Positions 39,613-49,263 of a DNA stretch of 64,000 nucleotides are shown here, in pieces. The DNA lies in NCBI GenBank assembly GCA_027492205.1, contig JAOZFN010000017.1, positions 96,001 to 160,000 of the forward strand, given 5' to 3'. The position numbers were made by a program, and so were the translations under genes. The notes beneath the pieces are model-generated. The model ran no database searches. It worked only from the letters and a program-made list of their open reading frames with translations, and was not told the DNA's origin. The number at the start of each line of letters is the position of its first letter. Position 1 is the stretch's first letter. This DNA comes from Thermoproteota archaeon (GTDB lineage Archaea; Korarchaeota; Korarchaeia; Korarchaeales; Korarchaeaceae).

Positions 39613-40143
39613 ATGAGTGGGCCCCCCTACCCCCGGCGCGTGCCTAAAGAGGCTGCGGTGGCCATTGTAATCGCCGAGGTACGCGGATCTCCGTCCGTCC
39701 TCCTCGTCAGAAGGGCCAAGATGGGGGGCGATCCCTGGTCTGGAGACGTGGCGCTTCCGGGAGGGAGAAAGAAGGGCTCCGACCCAAGTCTGCTGGACAC
39801 GGCTATCAGGGAGTGCGCGGAGGAGACGGGAGTCGATCTTTCGGGGCTGAGGCCCGTGATTACTCTCGGCCCCTTCAGGTCTCAAGCGGATCCCGAGATG
39901 CTGGTGTGGGCGTTTGCCTTCACGCCCCCTGGGGCTCCGAAGGTCGCGCCCGGAGAGGAAGTTGAGGAGGCGTTCTGGGTGCCCCTTGCAGAGTTGAACG
40001 AGTCCAAGGGGGCGGCGAAGGTGAAGGGGAGGACCGTCGAGGCCTACTTATGGCGCGGGAGGGTGATATGGGGCCTGACGAAGCGGATCCTCGACCGTGC
40101 CCTCCCCCTCCTCTCCCAGCTCGGCCGTGGCAGGCCCGGCTGA
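39613..40143 (+). CDS. Nudix hydrolase, CoA pyrophosphatase-like
   Basis: AAV, DPWSGDVALPGG, TAIRECAEETG, IWGLT. Confidence 0.88.
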   Translation: MSGPPYPRRVPKEAAVAIVIAEVRGSPSVLLVRRAKMGGDPWSGDVALPGGRKKGSDPSLLDTAIRECAEETGVDLSGLRPVITLGPFRSQADPEMLVWAFAFTPPGAPKVAPGEEVEEAFWVPLAELNESKGAAKVKGRTVEAYLWRGRVIWGLTKRILDRALPLLSQLGRGRPG

Positions 40144-40147
40144 CAGC

Positions 40148-40986
40148 CTACCTGACGATCCCGCCGTACGTGATGACCTCGATCCCCCTGGACTCCAGCT
40201 CTTCTATGAGGGGGTTTATCCCCACCGAGTCGGAGGCCACGTGGCCGGTTACTATGAGGCTCCCCCTAGCGCCCGACTCCCTGAGGGCCCTGGGGTCCTC
40301 AGGGCCCTGGGGTCCTCCGGCTCTAGGTGGATGTAGATGACGGTGTCCACGCCGTGCTCGAAGTACGCCCTGGCCACCCTGTGTCCCCCGCTCGTGAAGG
40401 CGCCGTGGGCGACCACCGCCCTCTTGACCTCGGCCGACTCCTCGCCTAGCGCGAGGAATATGGGGGTCTCCGCAAGCTCGAACTCCCGCAGCTGGGAGAG
40501 GGCATGCACGAGATCCCCCACCGTGAGTCTGCCCGTGGCCATGACGCCGTCGACGACCTCCTGCATTATCCTCCGGCCCACCTCGTCCAGCGGGCAGTGT
40601 ATGTTCATGTACCCGACCCCCAGGAGGCTGGCTACCGACGGGGCGAGATCGTGGTTCTTCTTGTGGTCGACGAGCCTCAGAGCCTCGAACTTCTCCCTCA
40701 CGGCCTCTCTAGCCACGTCCTCCGGAACTCCAGCCTTCACCATGATCTCCACGTGCCTCAGAAGGACCTCGTGGCCTCTCACGGCGGCGCTTCCGCCCTC
40801 GGGGTGATGAGCAATGGCCAGGTCGCACCCAAGCTGCCTGGCCAGGAGCAGGCCGGGGACGCCCACGTCTATGCCAAACAGGACTCTCTTCACGTCTTCC
40901 TTGGGGACGTATATCTGGGAGTCGGCGGGCACCTGGTCGAAGCCGGCCAGCTCAAGGGCCAGAGACATGATCTCCTCTGTGTTCAT
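40148..40986 (-). pseudogene. Nif3-like dinuclear metal-centre protein disrupted by a 17-bp tandem duplication
   Basis: FGID, IAHHP, NIHCPLD; removing one AGGGCCCTGGGGTCCTC copy (40284-40300/40301-40317) restores ...TGHVASDSVGIN...GGIVR*. Confidence 0.78.
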
Positions 40987-41052
40987 CGAGACACCTCGAG
41001 GTCTAGAACTGGGTAGATAAATCTCTGGCCTAGCCGTGAGGCGGGACTCCGG

Positions 41053-41114
41053 TGGGGTCGCCGCGATGCAGCTCACATCACGCCTCAGTCCCGGGTAGTC
41101 CGGCTCATCCCCCA
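41053..41114 (-). ncRNA. Box C/D methylation guide sRNA
   Basis: TGGGG-G-ATGAGCC-GGACTACCCGGGA-CTGA-GGC-GTGATGT-GAGCTGCATCGCG-GCGA-CCCCA; first guide has 12-nt complementarity to 16S CCCGGGUAGUCC. Confidence 0.75.
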
Positions 41115-41641
41115 GGGCCCGACGGCCGGGCTAGTAATATGTGCGTGGCAGCCTCACTCAGTCTATGTTGGTGGCCATCGGGCCACCAATTCCGCCGAGG
41201 ATCGCCCCGACGATGGCTCCACAGGTCAACCCGGAGAGTAGGGCGAAGGCGGAGACAAACCAGAGCGCTGGGTGCAACACGAGGGTCAGACCCCGTGCCG
41301 CGAAGAGCCCCCGGTGCTGACCAGCCCGCCGATGACCGCGCCGTGGCCGCCCCCCTTTGCCCCCTGGGGATCCCTCGAGGAGTACCCAAACCACCAAGAG
41401 AAGTGGGCCGTAGAGGAACCCGCTGACCATGGCGCCCGACGGCCCGAGTTCAGGCAGTGTTCCTAGCGTGGAGCCCACCCCAAATGAGAGCGGCGAGTAA
41501 TTGCGCCTTGTCGAGTACGGATAGGTGACTACCCAGCGGCATGGCTCCCGAAGTGAGTCCATAGAGCGGTAATGAATCCGGGCGGGGCCAGGCGCCACGC
41601 CTTGCTCAGTTTTAATATTGCCTGGGAAGTCGGGATTCACA

Positions 41642-42565
41642 ATGTCCTCGGAAGACGCCATTAAGGAGAAGATTAGAAAGCTCGAAGAGGCCCTCATGGA
41701 GGGCAGGATAAGCGAGGAGACTTACAGGGAGCTGAAGGCGAAGTACGAGGCCGAGCTCGAGAGGGTTAGGTCTGGATGGGTCGAGGTTGGAACCCCGGCC
41801 GCCGCCCCAGGAGCCCCCGCTGCTCCGAAGGTGAAGGCGGAGGGCCTTGGAGACCTCTTCAACAAGGCGCTGGACTTCGTCAAGGCCAACCCCGTGGTGC
41901 TGGTGCCGCCGATCCTTGCCGGCATCCTGGCCGCATTCATCATGGCGGGCGTCGGCATCTCGGCATTCGGGATGATGGGCCTCGGCGGGCTCGGCGGTCT
42001 GGGAGGGCCAAAGCCTGTGCCTCCAGGCCCCGGGTACCCCCCCGAGGTGTCACCCTCCATCTACGGGTTCGTGGGCCTGGCCATGCTCGGTATGATCGTC
42101 GTCATGATAATCCAGCAGATCTTTAACGGGTGGCTCATCGCCATGGTCGAGCAGGGCGTCAAGGGTAAGACCGTCGACCTCGGGACCTCGTTCAACGAGG
42201 CCATGTCGAAGGCCGTGCCCATCATCGTGGCCTCGATACTGGTGGGCGTGATAGTCGGCATAGGCTTCATCCTCTGCGTCCTGCCCGGTCTTGTGGCGGC
42301 CATCCTACTCGCGCTGACCTTGCAGGCCGTCGTCATAGACGACTACGGGCCGGTGGACGCGCTTAAGGCGAGCTACAACGTCGTCAAGGAGAACTTCATC
42401 GAGGTCCTCATAGTGGTGATCGTCGCATTCATCGCGGAAGCGATCGTCGGCATCATCCCCTACATCGGCTTCATACTGTCGGCGGCCGTCGGTGGGTTCT
42501 TCAGCGTCCTGCTGACACTGCTGTACATGGCCAGGAGGCCCGCCGAGGCTCAGGTCACCTTGTAG
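41642..42565 (+). CDS. Membrane protein with N-terminal SHOCT-like helix pair and 6-TM domain
   Basis: LEEALMEGRISEETYRELK; LCVLPG..., GPVDALKASYNVVKEN; TTTAATAT about 25 nt upstream. Confidence 0.75.
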   Translation: MSSEDAIKEKIRKLEEALMEGRISEETYRELKAKYEAELERVRSGWVEVGTPAAAPGAPAAPKVKAEGLGDLFNKALDFVKANPVVLVPPILAGILAAFIMAGVGISAFGMMGLGGLGGLGGPKPVPPGPGYPPEVSPSIYGFVGLAMLGMIVVMIIQQIFNGWLIAMVEQGVKGKTVDLGTSFNEAMSKAVPIIVASILVGVIVGIGFILCVLPGLVAAILLALTLQAVVIDDYGPVDALKASYNVVKENFIEVLIVVIVAFIAEAIVGIIPYIGFILSAAVGGFFSVLLTLLYMARRPAEAQVTL

Positions 42566-42625
42566 GCTCGAGGTCTCGCTCCTTCCCCTCTTTTTATTGC
42601 CTCCGGGTGCTCGAGGGGATGGCGA

Positions 42626-42937
42626 ATGCCACCGTGGAGACAGAGGAAGTGGCTCATACTGCTGTCCGCCGGATTGCTGGCCTTCGCCACGCTGGTCCCC
42701 ATGAGTCCGGGTCAGGAGGAGCTTCCGTTCCCCTGGTTCAAGTGCCCCTACAGGCAGCTGACCGGGAAGCCCTGCCCCCTCTGCGGGTCGACCAGGGCAT
42801 ACATACACGCAGCCCACCTGCACCCAGAGGATGCCCTGGAGCTGAACCCCGTCGGGCTGATCGCCTACTTCGCGACCTGGGGCTTCCTCTCCTACCACGT
42901 AGTCAAGTACATTCGGGAGCGCCGCGAGGCCGGGTAG
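42626..42937 (+). CDS. DUF2752 domain membrane protein
   Basis: CPYRQLTGKPCPLCGSTRA ... LNP motif. Confidence 0.85.
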   Translation: MPPWRQRKWLILLSAGLLAFATLVPMSPGQEELPFPWFKCPYRQLTGKPCPLCGSTRAYIHAAHLHPEDALELNPVGLIAYFATWGFLSYHVVKYIRERREAG

Positions 42938-43096
42938 GTTGAGCGGTCTGCTCCAAGTTCCACTCACGTCTGAGCTTGCGAATTACCCCCCATCTGCTGG
43001 AGGGGCCTCTGGACCTTAGAAAGGTGTCCGGCGGCCTAGACGTCCCCTGGCCTTGGAGAGACGGACACGAGCCGCCCCCTCCTCGCTGAAGCCTGC

Positions 43097-43191
43097 GCCC
43101 CGCTGGAACGCCAGCCTGAAGCCAGCTCCGAACTCCACCCCTTCGCGCCTGGTGTCGCCAATGTCAGCCTGGCCATCTCCCCCTCCAGCCC
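43097..43191 (-). pseudogene. aroC: Decayed internal fragment of chorismate synthase
   Basis: Aligns at DNA level with 57508-57604 (GLEGE.ARL...KGVEFGAGFRLA) with one 1-nt gap. Confidence 0.7.
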
Positions 43192-43483
43192 AGACTGGGG
43201 GGCGTCTTCTTACCCTCCAATGAGGGAGGAGCCGGGCATTCGGAGCGAGACTTTGCCGAGCCAGCCGTGAAAAGGTACTCACGGTGTCAGGGGACTGCCG
43301 CCCCTCCTAAGGTCATGAAGACTACAGATAAGAGGGAGGTCTCGGGCACATCGGGTTTAACGACGGGAGAGCAACCTTTGTCCACGTGCCTCGAGCCCCG
43401 GTAGTCCCCTCACCCGGATTTTCTCTTTTTCTTCTTTTTGGGAAAAGTATTTGTAAGTAAAAGTCGGATAGAGAAGCCTGACC

Positions 43484-43945
43484 ATGCCCAGAGCTACCCC
43501 GGCGCATGGCCTGTTGAGGCACGAGATATTCCTGGCCTTCCTCCTCTACGGGATTGTGGTCGGCCCTTGGAGCGTCTGGTGGTGGGGCACGGGGGTATGT
43601 GCCATCATTCCGGCCAACATCCCCGGGGTTCTCTTGGGGGACTGGCTGTACGACCTCTCGGTGAAGTGGCTGGGGGACCCTAGTTCCCCTTTCGCTCACT
43701 ACACGATTCCCACTCCCCTCAGGATCCCTCAAATCTACGTAGTCTCCTCAATCCTCTTTTGGGCGCCGTTCGGGGCTGCCCTCCAGATCCTGCGGGACTG
43801 GGTCTTTCCCAGGTTCATGAGCCCCAGGGGCCTCGCATCGCTCATGAGGGTGATCCGCCTGGCGATTGCTCTCACCCTCGGTCTCACGCTGATCTGGACG
43901 CTTGACATCCTGCTCCCCGCCCCCACGCCTAGTGGCATCTCCTAG
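43484..43945 (+). CDS. Hypothetical membrane protein
   Basis: Hydrophobic ORF (PANIPGVLLGDWLY, IPQIYV); codon use differs from neighbours. Confidence 0.5.
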   Translation: MPRATPAHGLLRHEIFLAFLLYGIVVGPWSVWWWGTGVCAIIPANIPGVLLGDWLYDLSVKWLGDPSSPFAHYTIPTPLRIPQIYVVSSILFWAPFGAALQILRDWVFPRFMSPRGLASLMRVIRLAIALTLGLTLIWTLDILLPAPTPSGIS

Positions 43946-43978
43946 CGGGCCACCCATCGGGGGGACTCCCAACTCAAC

Positions 43979-44455
43979 ATGGGTAGTGGGGTTATTATCC
44001 CGGCACGCCCCTCCACCTGTGTGGGCTGGGGGAATGATCCGGCGTTCTTCTACATTTGGCTAGCTCTGCTTCTCTTTATGGCCCTAACACGCCTGACGGT
44101 TGAGCTGAACTCGGCGGGCCGTCCCCACCTAATCATCTTGGATGCGGCCTACGAGCTGACTACCCTTCTCCCCATCTACCCCATCGTCGCGACGGCGGCC
44201 TGCCTCTCCCGCCCGATTAGAGGGAGACCTGCGACCGCATTCATTCTCGGTTTCCTCACGGTTTCCCTACTTCCCTCTAGCTGGCTCGGTATCAGGAGGC
44301 CATACGCCATGCTGGGCCTAGTCCCTGCCGTCCTCTTTGGCCTAGGGGCCGCCACCCTATCCACGTCGCAGAACCCGCTTGACAACAGGGCCCTCTGGGG
44401 CTACCTACTCCTGTTCCTAATGTGGTGGTACTGCGTCAGCCTCCTGGTGGACTGA
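43979..44455 (+). CDS. Hypothetical membrane protein
   Basis: About five hydrophobic segments; no recognised motif. Confidence 0.45.
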   Translation: MGSGVIIPARPSTCVGWGNDPAFFYIWLALLLFMALTRLTVELNSAGRPHLIILDAAYELTTLLPIYPIVATAACLSRPIRGRPATAFILGFLTVSLLPSSWLGIRRPYAMLGLVPAVLFGLGAATLSTSQNPLDNRALWGYLLLFLMWWYCVSLLVD

Positions 44456-44610
44456 GGTTAGATTGACCCCTCCATCGCGTGTGGGCCTCTCTAGGACCTC
44501 TGAGGGCCCTCAGCACGCTACGAAGTCGTGGGTGCGTCAACTCGGGGATCGTGTTCGTATCCGTCAGTCCGGCGTTGATCTTGGGAGGGTAGAAAGCCCC
44601 TCGCGCGCTC

Positions 44611-45057
44611 CTACTCTCGCTCCAGGGAACTCCTGCGTTCTTCCTCCAACCTCAGCAGCCTCTCCACCTTGCCCAGGTACCTCGCCACCTTAACCGCAAG
44701 AGGTGAAACTTCAATGAGCTTGTCTCCGCGGCACACAAGGTGTTTCACGCTCAGGTCTCCACTCTTTGTGACCTTGACAGCCTCTTCCGCGGCGTGGTGC
44801 AGCTGGACGCAGTGGGGGCTCCCGTCCACCGTGAGGATCGTCAGCTCTTTCAGACTCACCCTAGCCAGTATCGAGGCGAGCTTCAGGGAGATCACGTTGA
44901 TGTGGTCCCTCTCGGGACAGGCCCACGTCACGACCGCCTCGTTGCCAAGACCCTCGATTAGGTCTGGCCTTTCCACCTCGAGGCACTTTCCGTACACTAT
45001 CAGCCTCCGGCGCTCTCGGAGGAGGCGAGAGGAGGCGTTAAGGGATAGCAGGTCCAT
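44611..45057 (-). CDS. Conserved Cys-containing protein (stand-alone ferredoxin-associated domain)
   Basis: YGKC, ACPE, LTVDGSPHCVQL, ARYL motifs. Confidence 0.7.
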   Translation of the reverse strand: MDLLSLNASSRLLRERRRLIVYGKCLEVERPDLIEGLGNEAVVTWACPERDHINVISLKLASILARVSLKELTILTVDGSPHCVQLHHAAEEAVKVTKSGDLSVKHLVCRGDKLIEVSPLAVKVARYLGKVERLLRLEEERRSSLERE

Positions 45058-45436
45058 CGATCTTCCACCACGGCGGCAGAAAAAATATGCACGTTGGCCC
45101 CCAGATTGTGGGAAGACGAGCTTGCCACAGCGTCCCAGGGGTCACCGGGGGGAGGACCGCAGAGCGGCCTGTGGCACGAGGACTGCGAAACTTGCAGGTC
45201 ACGGTTTTCCCCTGCCGCGTGTTTGGCGGATCCGTTGAGCTGGGTGAGAGGGGCTTTCCATCCTCTTCGCATTGAAGCGGCCATTCTACCTCCCAAGCAT
45301 TTACTCGGGGGACAAGAACCCGCTGAAGATGATGAGGGATGACCTCAGCCTGCTGAGGAACACCCCTGCTCGGGGTGACTCTCCGGACCGTTCCTCTTGC
45401 TCTCTGTGGTTCCCTCGTCCAGAAATGTTGTGTAGA

Positions 45437-45449
45437 TTATAATTTATAA
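45437..45449 (+). promoter_or_regulatory. TATA box / possible operator of vapBC
   Basis: TTATAA-T-TTATAA, 26-38 nt upstream of ATG 45475 in a GC-rich background. Confidence 0.55.
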
Positions 45450-45474
45450 CCTGTCATTTGTGGGTATTCGTGCG

Positions 45475-45675
45475 ATGGCCAAGACCATCCAGGTGAGGGA
45501 GAGCACTTACAGGCTGCTCGAGAGGCTCAAGAGGAGGATGAGTGCCAAGAGCTTCAACGAGGTCATAGAGAGGCTCGCCATGAGAGAGCTGGAACTGAGT
45601 GACGACATGTTCGGCGTCGACAGGGGGAGGCTGCCGCCGTTCAGGCCGGAGGACAGGGTGGAGGACAGGTGGTAG
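45475..45675 (+). CDS. vapB: VapB-type antitoxin
   Basis: MAKTIQV...TY..L..LK....SFNEVIERL; overlaps the PIN gene. Confidence 0.85.
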   Translation: MAKTIQVRESTYRLLERLKRRMSAKSFNEVIERLAMRELELSDDMFGVDRGRLPPFRPEDRVEDRW

Positions 45676-46073
45676 TCTACGACACCTACGCCTGGGTGGA
45701 GTACTTCAGGGGGACGGAGAAGGGGGCCATGGTTAGGAAACTCCTCGAGACCGAGGAGGGCCTCACACCCGCTATAGTGCTGGCGGAGCTCGCGAGGAAG
45801 TACGTCAGAGAGGGCTTCTCCGAGAGGGAGGTCAGGAGAAGGCTGGAGTTCGTCGAGGCCAAGACCGCCAGGGTCGATGTCGACGCGGATCTCGCCCTGA
45901 CGGCCGCTGAGCTGTACCTGAGGCTCCTGGAGGTGGCGAGAGAGAGGAGTCTCAGGTCGCCCAGCCTAGCAGATGCTATAGTTTACGCTTGCGCCCTCGT
46001 GAGGGGGGACATGCTGGTTACAGGAGATCGGTTGTTCAGAGACCTGGACTCCGTGGTATACATCGGAGACTGA
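45669..46073 (+). CDS. vapC: VapC PIN-domain toxin
   Basis: YDTYAWVEYF, VLAEL, SLADAIV, LVTGD..F. Confidence 0.92.
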   Translation: MVVYDTYAWVEYFRGTEKGAMVRKLLETEEGLTPAIVLAELARKYVREGFSEREVRRRLEFVEAKTARVDVDADLALTAAELYLRLLEVARERSLRSPSLADAIVYACALVRGDMLVTGDRLFRDLDSVVYIGD

Positions 46074-46511
46074 TCTGCCCTGTTCTCCACTCCTGGCGGC
46101 CTCCCTCTGACTGACCCCACCCAGACACGTGCGTATGCTTAAGTGGCTGAGGGTCAGTCCCTTGCAAAAGTGCCGTGAGAATGAACTGCGTGTGTTACTT
46201 TGTACCCAGTGCTTTGTCTCGCGCGATCCCAGTGAGCAGGAGGCACGGGGCAGATTAGGTTATCCAAACCCGGGGGCGACTTTACTGTCCGAGGATCGCA
46301 CTCACTTGTAGGCTACCCCCTCTTCCCCGCCTGGTGGTATGGCCTAAGCATCACAGGGAACTGAGCTGATATCTGTTCAATGTATCGATTTGAGGAGGCT
46401 CTAGCCCCGAGCATCGTTTGGAACTCCGCTCAATCTGCGCCAAGCGACGGTCGCCGGATCGGCTTTGAAAGCAGCTTGGGTGATAATAAGGGGACCCACG
46501 CACACGAGGGG

Positions 46512-46892
46512 GTGGGGACCCTGAGGCGGACGGTCAGCACAGGTCGCGCGCCCAGGCCGGTTGGACCGTATTCACAGGCAGTGGTGGCTGGAGGACTCGT
46601 GTTCGTCTCCGGTCAGCTGGGCATCGACCCAGAGACCGGGAAGCTCGAGGATGGAATCGCTAAGCAGGCGGAGAGGGCTCTGCTCAACGTCAAGGCCATT
46701 CTCGAGGCGGCCGGCTCCTCACTGGACAGGGTGGTCAAGGTGACTGCGTTCTTGGCGAGCCCGGAGCTGTACGGCGAGTTTAACGAGGTCTATTCGGGGT
46801 TCTTCAGGGAAGACCCACCGGCCAGGTCGGTGGCCTTCTGCAGACTCCCCAAGGGGGCGCTGGTCGAGGTGGAGGCCATCGCGATCATCTAG
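46512..46892 (+). CDS. ridA: RidA/YjgF reactive intermediate deaminase
   Basis: APRPVGPYSQAV, FVSGQLG, FNEVY, PPARS, LPKGALVEVEAIA; start approximate. Confidence 0.92.
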   Translation: MGTLRRTVSTGRAPRPVGPYSQAVVAGGLVFVSGQLGIDPETGKLEDGIAKQAERALLNVKAILEAAGSSLDRVVKVTAFLASPELYGEFNEVYSGFFREDPPARSVAFCRLPKGALVEVEAIAII

Positions 46893-46901
46893 GTGTAGTC
46901 C

Positions 46902-47627
46902 GTGCCCGCGAAGATCCGGGTCCTCTGGCTGGAAGAGCCCATCTCGGCAGCCCTCGGGCTGGCGCTGGAGGAGGCCCTGGTCAGGCGAATAGATGAGGGA
47001 AGCTCTGGCCCCGTCGCACTGGTCTGGCGGGCCCGACCGGCCGTCGTGATTGGAGTGAACCCCAAGACGCTCGAGGAGGTTGACCTCAAGACGGTCAAGA
47101 TGCTCCAGATTCCGCTCCTGAGGAGAGAGAGTGGCGGAGGGGCCGTCTACCTCGACCCAGGGTGCCTCGTGTACTCGGTGCTCACCCAGAGGGGCTCCCT
47201 ACCAGATACAGCCGAAGAGAGGTACGGGCTCCTCTCCTCAGGCCTAATCAACCTACTCGCTGACCTGGGGCTGACGCCCGAGTTCCGCGACCTGGGCGTG
47301 TGGGTTAGCGGTAGGAAGGTGTCCGGGACGGCGGAGCGGGTGCTCCGCACAGGCATCCTCCACCACGGAACGCTTCTGGTCTCATCAGACCTCAAGACGC
47401 TCGAAGCCGTACTGACCAGGCCCAAGGCGCCCGTTGCAAACCTGAACGACCTGCTGGGAGGGATAATCCGTCTAAGAGAGCTGGCGCCTCGCCTAGCGGA
47501 GAGCGTGGCGCTGGCGCTCGGGCAGCCGGTGTGGAGCTCCCTCACGACGGAAGAGCTCAAAGCAGCCGAGGCCCTGCTTCCCAAATACCTAAAGGGGGTT
47601 GAGCTCCCCTACAGCGCCCCACGGTAG
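46902..47627 (+). CDS. lplA: Lipoate-protein ligase A, catalytic domain only
   Basis: RRESGGGAVYLD.G, GRKVSGTA, HHGTLL. Confidence 0.85.
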   Translation: MPAKIRVLWLEEPISAALGLALEEALVRRIDEGSSGPVALVWRARPAVVIGVNPKTLEEVDLKTVKMLQIPLLRRESGGGAVYLDPGCLVYSVLTQRGSLPDTAEERYGLLSSGLINLLADLGLTPEFRDLGVWVSGRKVSGTAERVLRTGILHHGTLLVSSDLKTLEAVLTRPKAPVANLNDLLGGIIRLRELAPRLAESVALALGQPVWSSLTTEELKAAEALLPKYLKGVELPYSAPR

Positions 47628-48199
47628 CTGGAGGTGGCCGGGCAGCCTATGCAGGTCCCCTGGGAATACCTCGCGCAGGACCCGCACTCGGCCCCGCAGG
47701 GAGCCACCTCCAAATCCCCACCTACGGGGGGCTGGATGGGGGCGAATCCACCGACCATCTCACCGACCTCCACCTCCGACTTCCTGACTTCGGGCCTCGT
47801 CCTCACAGAGCAGCAGGTCAGGATGCTCTTGAGAACCGCGTCGTTCTCGGCGTACATCAGTATGATCAGGCTGTAGTCGCCCATCGACTCCATCATCCAG
47901 ATGGTCCGAGGGCATTTCGCGTACAGACCCTCGAGCCTCTCGAGTTCGGCGTACCCTGGAACCTCCACCTTGACCAGCGCGAGCTTGTAGCCCAGCTTGC
48001 TCAGATTCACCTCGGGAACCAGCCTGTACTCTCCCCTCGCGACCAGCCTCCTTAGCCTCTTTCCGACCGCCACGTGAGTGACTCCCTCGACCCTCGCCAG
48101 TTCAGTCAGCGAGAACCGGCCCCGCCGGATCCCGATCTCCCTGAGCCTGGCCACCAGCCGCAGATCTCTCGAGTTCACGGCCTCTCCGGGGCTGCTCAT
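47609..48199 (-). CDS. Lrp/AsnC family regulator with Cys-rich C-terminal tail
   Basis: N-terminal HTH (SLTELAR..GVTHVAV.KRLRRL), RAM-like middle, CGAECGSCARYSQGTCIGCP. Confidence 0.8.
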   Translation of the reverse strand: MSSPGEAVNSRDLRLVARLREIGIRRGRFSLTELARVEGVTHVAVGKRLRRLVARGEYRLVPEVNLSKLGYKLALVKVEVPGYAELERLEGLYAKCPRTIWMMESMGDYSLIILMYAENDAVLKSILTCCSVRTRPEVRKSEVEVGEMVGGFAPIQPPVGGDLEVAPCGAECGSCARYSQGTCIGCPATSSYRGAL

Positions 48200-48290
48200 T
48201 TGGTAATAATCATTCTAACTTTTGGTTTCAAAACGAAACGGAGGGCGAGGCCGCTGGAGCCCCTGAGTCGGAGAGCCCGTTCTCAAGAGA

Positions 48291-49091
48291 TCACCAGAGC
48301 CTCACGCCGAAGTAGGAGGCGATGTACTTGAGGGACACGTACAGGAAGTACGCCCCGAAGAGCGCCTTCAGCGTCGCCGGCCTGACTCTCTTGATCGCCC
48401 TGGCTCCCAACTGGGCCCCCACGACCGTGCCAGCGGCCAGCGGAAGGCCTATCCCCAGCCTGACGAAGCCCTGACTCAGCTTGATCAGTCCGCCAACGAC
48501 CGCCAGAGGGATCATCGTGGAGAGGGACGTCCCCATGGCCAGCTTGACGGGCGCGTGGAACAGATAGATCATCCCCGGCACGAGGGCGTACCCGCCCCCC
48601 AGGCCCACCAGCCCGGTCGTCACCCCTATCGCAAATCCAAACAGGGCCTTTGGGGCTGCAGCCCCGGGGATCCCCTCCGTCTCACTCTTCGCTGAGACCG
48701 ACGCACCTCTGAGTCCTGATATCCCCTCGTAGAACATCCTCAGGGCGGGCAGAAGGAAGACGGCTCCCAAGATCAGGTTGAGCAAGCTAAGCCTCGTCCT
48801 AGCGATACCGGTGAAGATGTAGGACCCTATGAGCACCCCGACGGTCCCCGCTCCGCCCATAACCGCGGTGGTGCCGAGGTCCAGATTCCTGATCCTGAGG
48901 TGGCCGTAGGCCCCGGAGAGCGTTGTGAACATCACCGCGAAGAGGGTGGTGCCGATCGCGAGCGTCGGCGGCAGCCCCATGTAGAAGTCCAGTATGGGTA
49001 GCATCACGCTGCAGCCGCCCGTCCCGATGAGCCCGCCGAGGGTGCCCGCGGCTACCCCGACCAGCAGCGCGACGACCTCTTGAGCGCCCAT
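48291..49091 (-). CDS. TauE/SafE (TSUP) family transporter
   Basis: GGLIGTGG, AIGTTL, GLVGLGGG, AMGTSL, GAQLGA. Confidence 0.9.
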   Translation of the reverse strand: MGAQEVVALLVGVAAGTLGGLIGTGGCSVMLPILDFYMGLPPTLAIGTTLFAVMFTTLSGAYGHLRIRNLDLGTTAVMGGAGTVGVLIGSYIFTGIARTRLSLLNLILGAVFLLPALRMFYEGISGLRGASVSAKSETEGIPGAAAPKALFGFAIGVTTGLVGLGGGYALVPGMIYLFHAPVKLAMGTSLSTMIPLAVVGGLIKLSQGFVRLGIGLPLAAGTVVGAQLGARAIKRVRPATLKALFGAYFLYVSLKYIASYFGVRLW

Positions 49092-49263
49092 GCCGGTCCC
49101 CAGGGCCCCCATTTTGGAACATCTAAAAGCGTGGGAGTTTCACTTCGAAACTACGGCCCCCAGGGGGCCCCTCGCTCGGGGGATGGGCGGCCGCCGAAGT
49201 TCCCGGAACTCCAGGCGGCTGGCGGACTGGCCGAGAGCCAGTTCAGCCGACCGGATGAGGTGG

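Noticed and set aside
41158-41697. 179-aa minus-strand ORF with hydrophobic patches
   Set aside because: Overlaps the start of the plus-strand gene and has no motif; at most a decayed membrane-gene fragment.
43220-43265. ATGAGG...GACTTTGCCGAG resembling a third copy of the 38259 sRNA on the plus strand
   Set aside because: Only a 12-nt match; no D or D' boxes and no terminal stem; plausible by chance in 64 kb.
45329-45356. Perfect ATGATGA ... CTGA near vapBC
   Set aside because: Only 28 nt, no second guide unit and no recognisable rRNA complementarity.
46080-46500. Riboswitch or ncRNA between vapC and ridA (CTGACCC...GGGTCAG stem)
   Set aside because: No TPP, fluoride or C/D consensus recognised; a single short stem is not enough.
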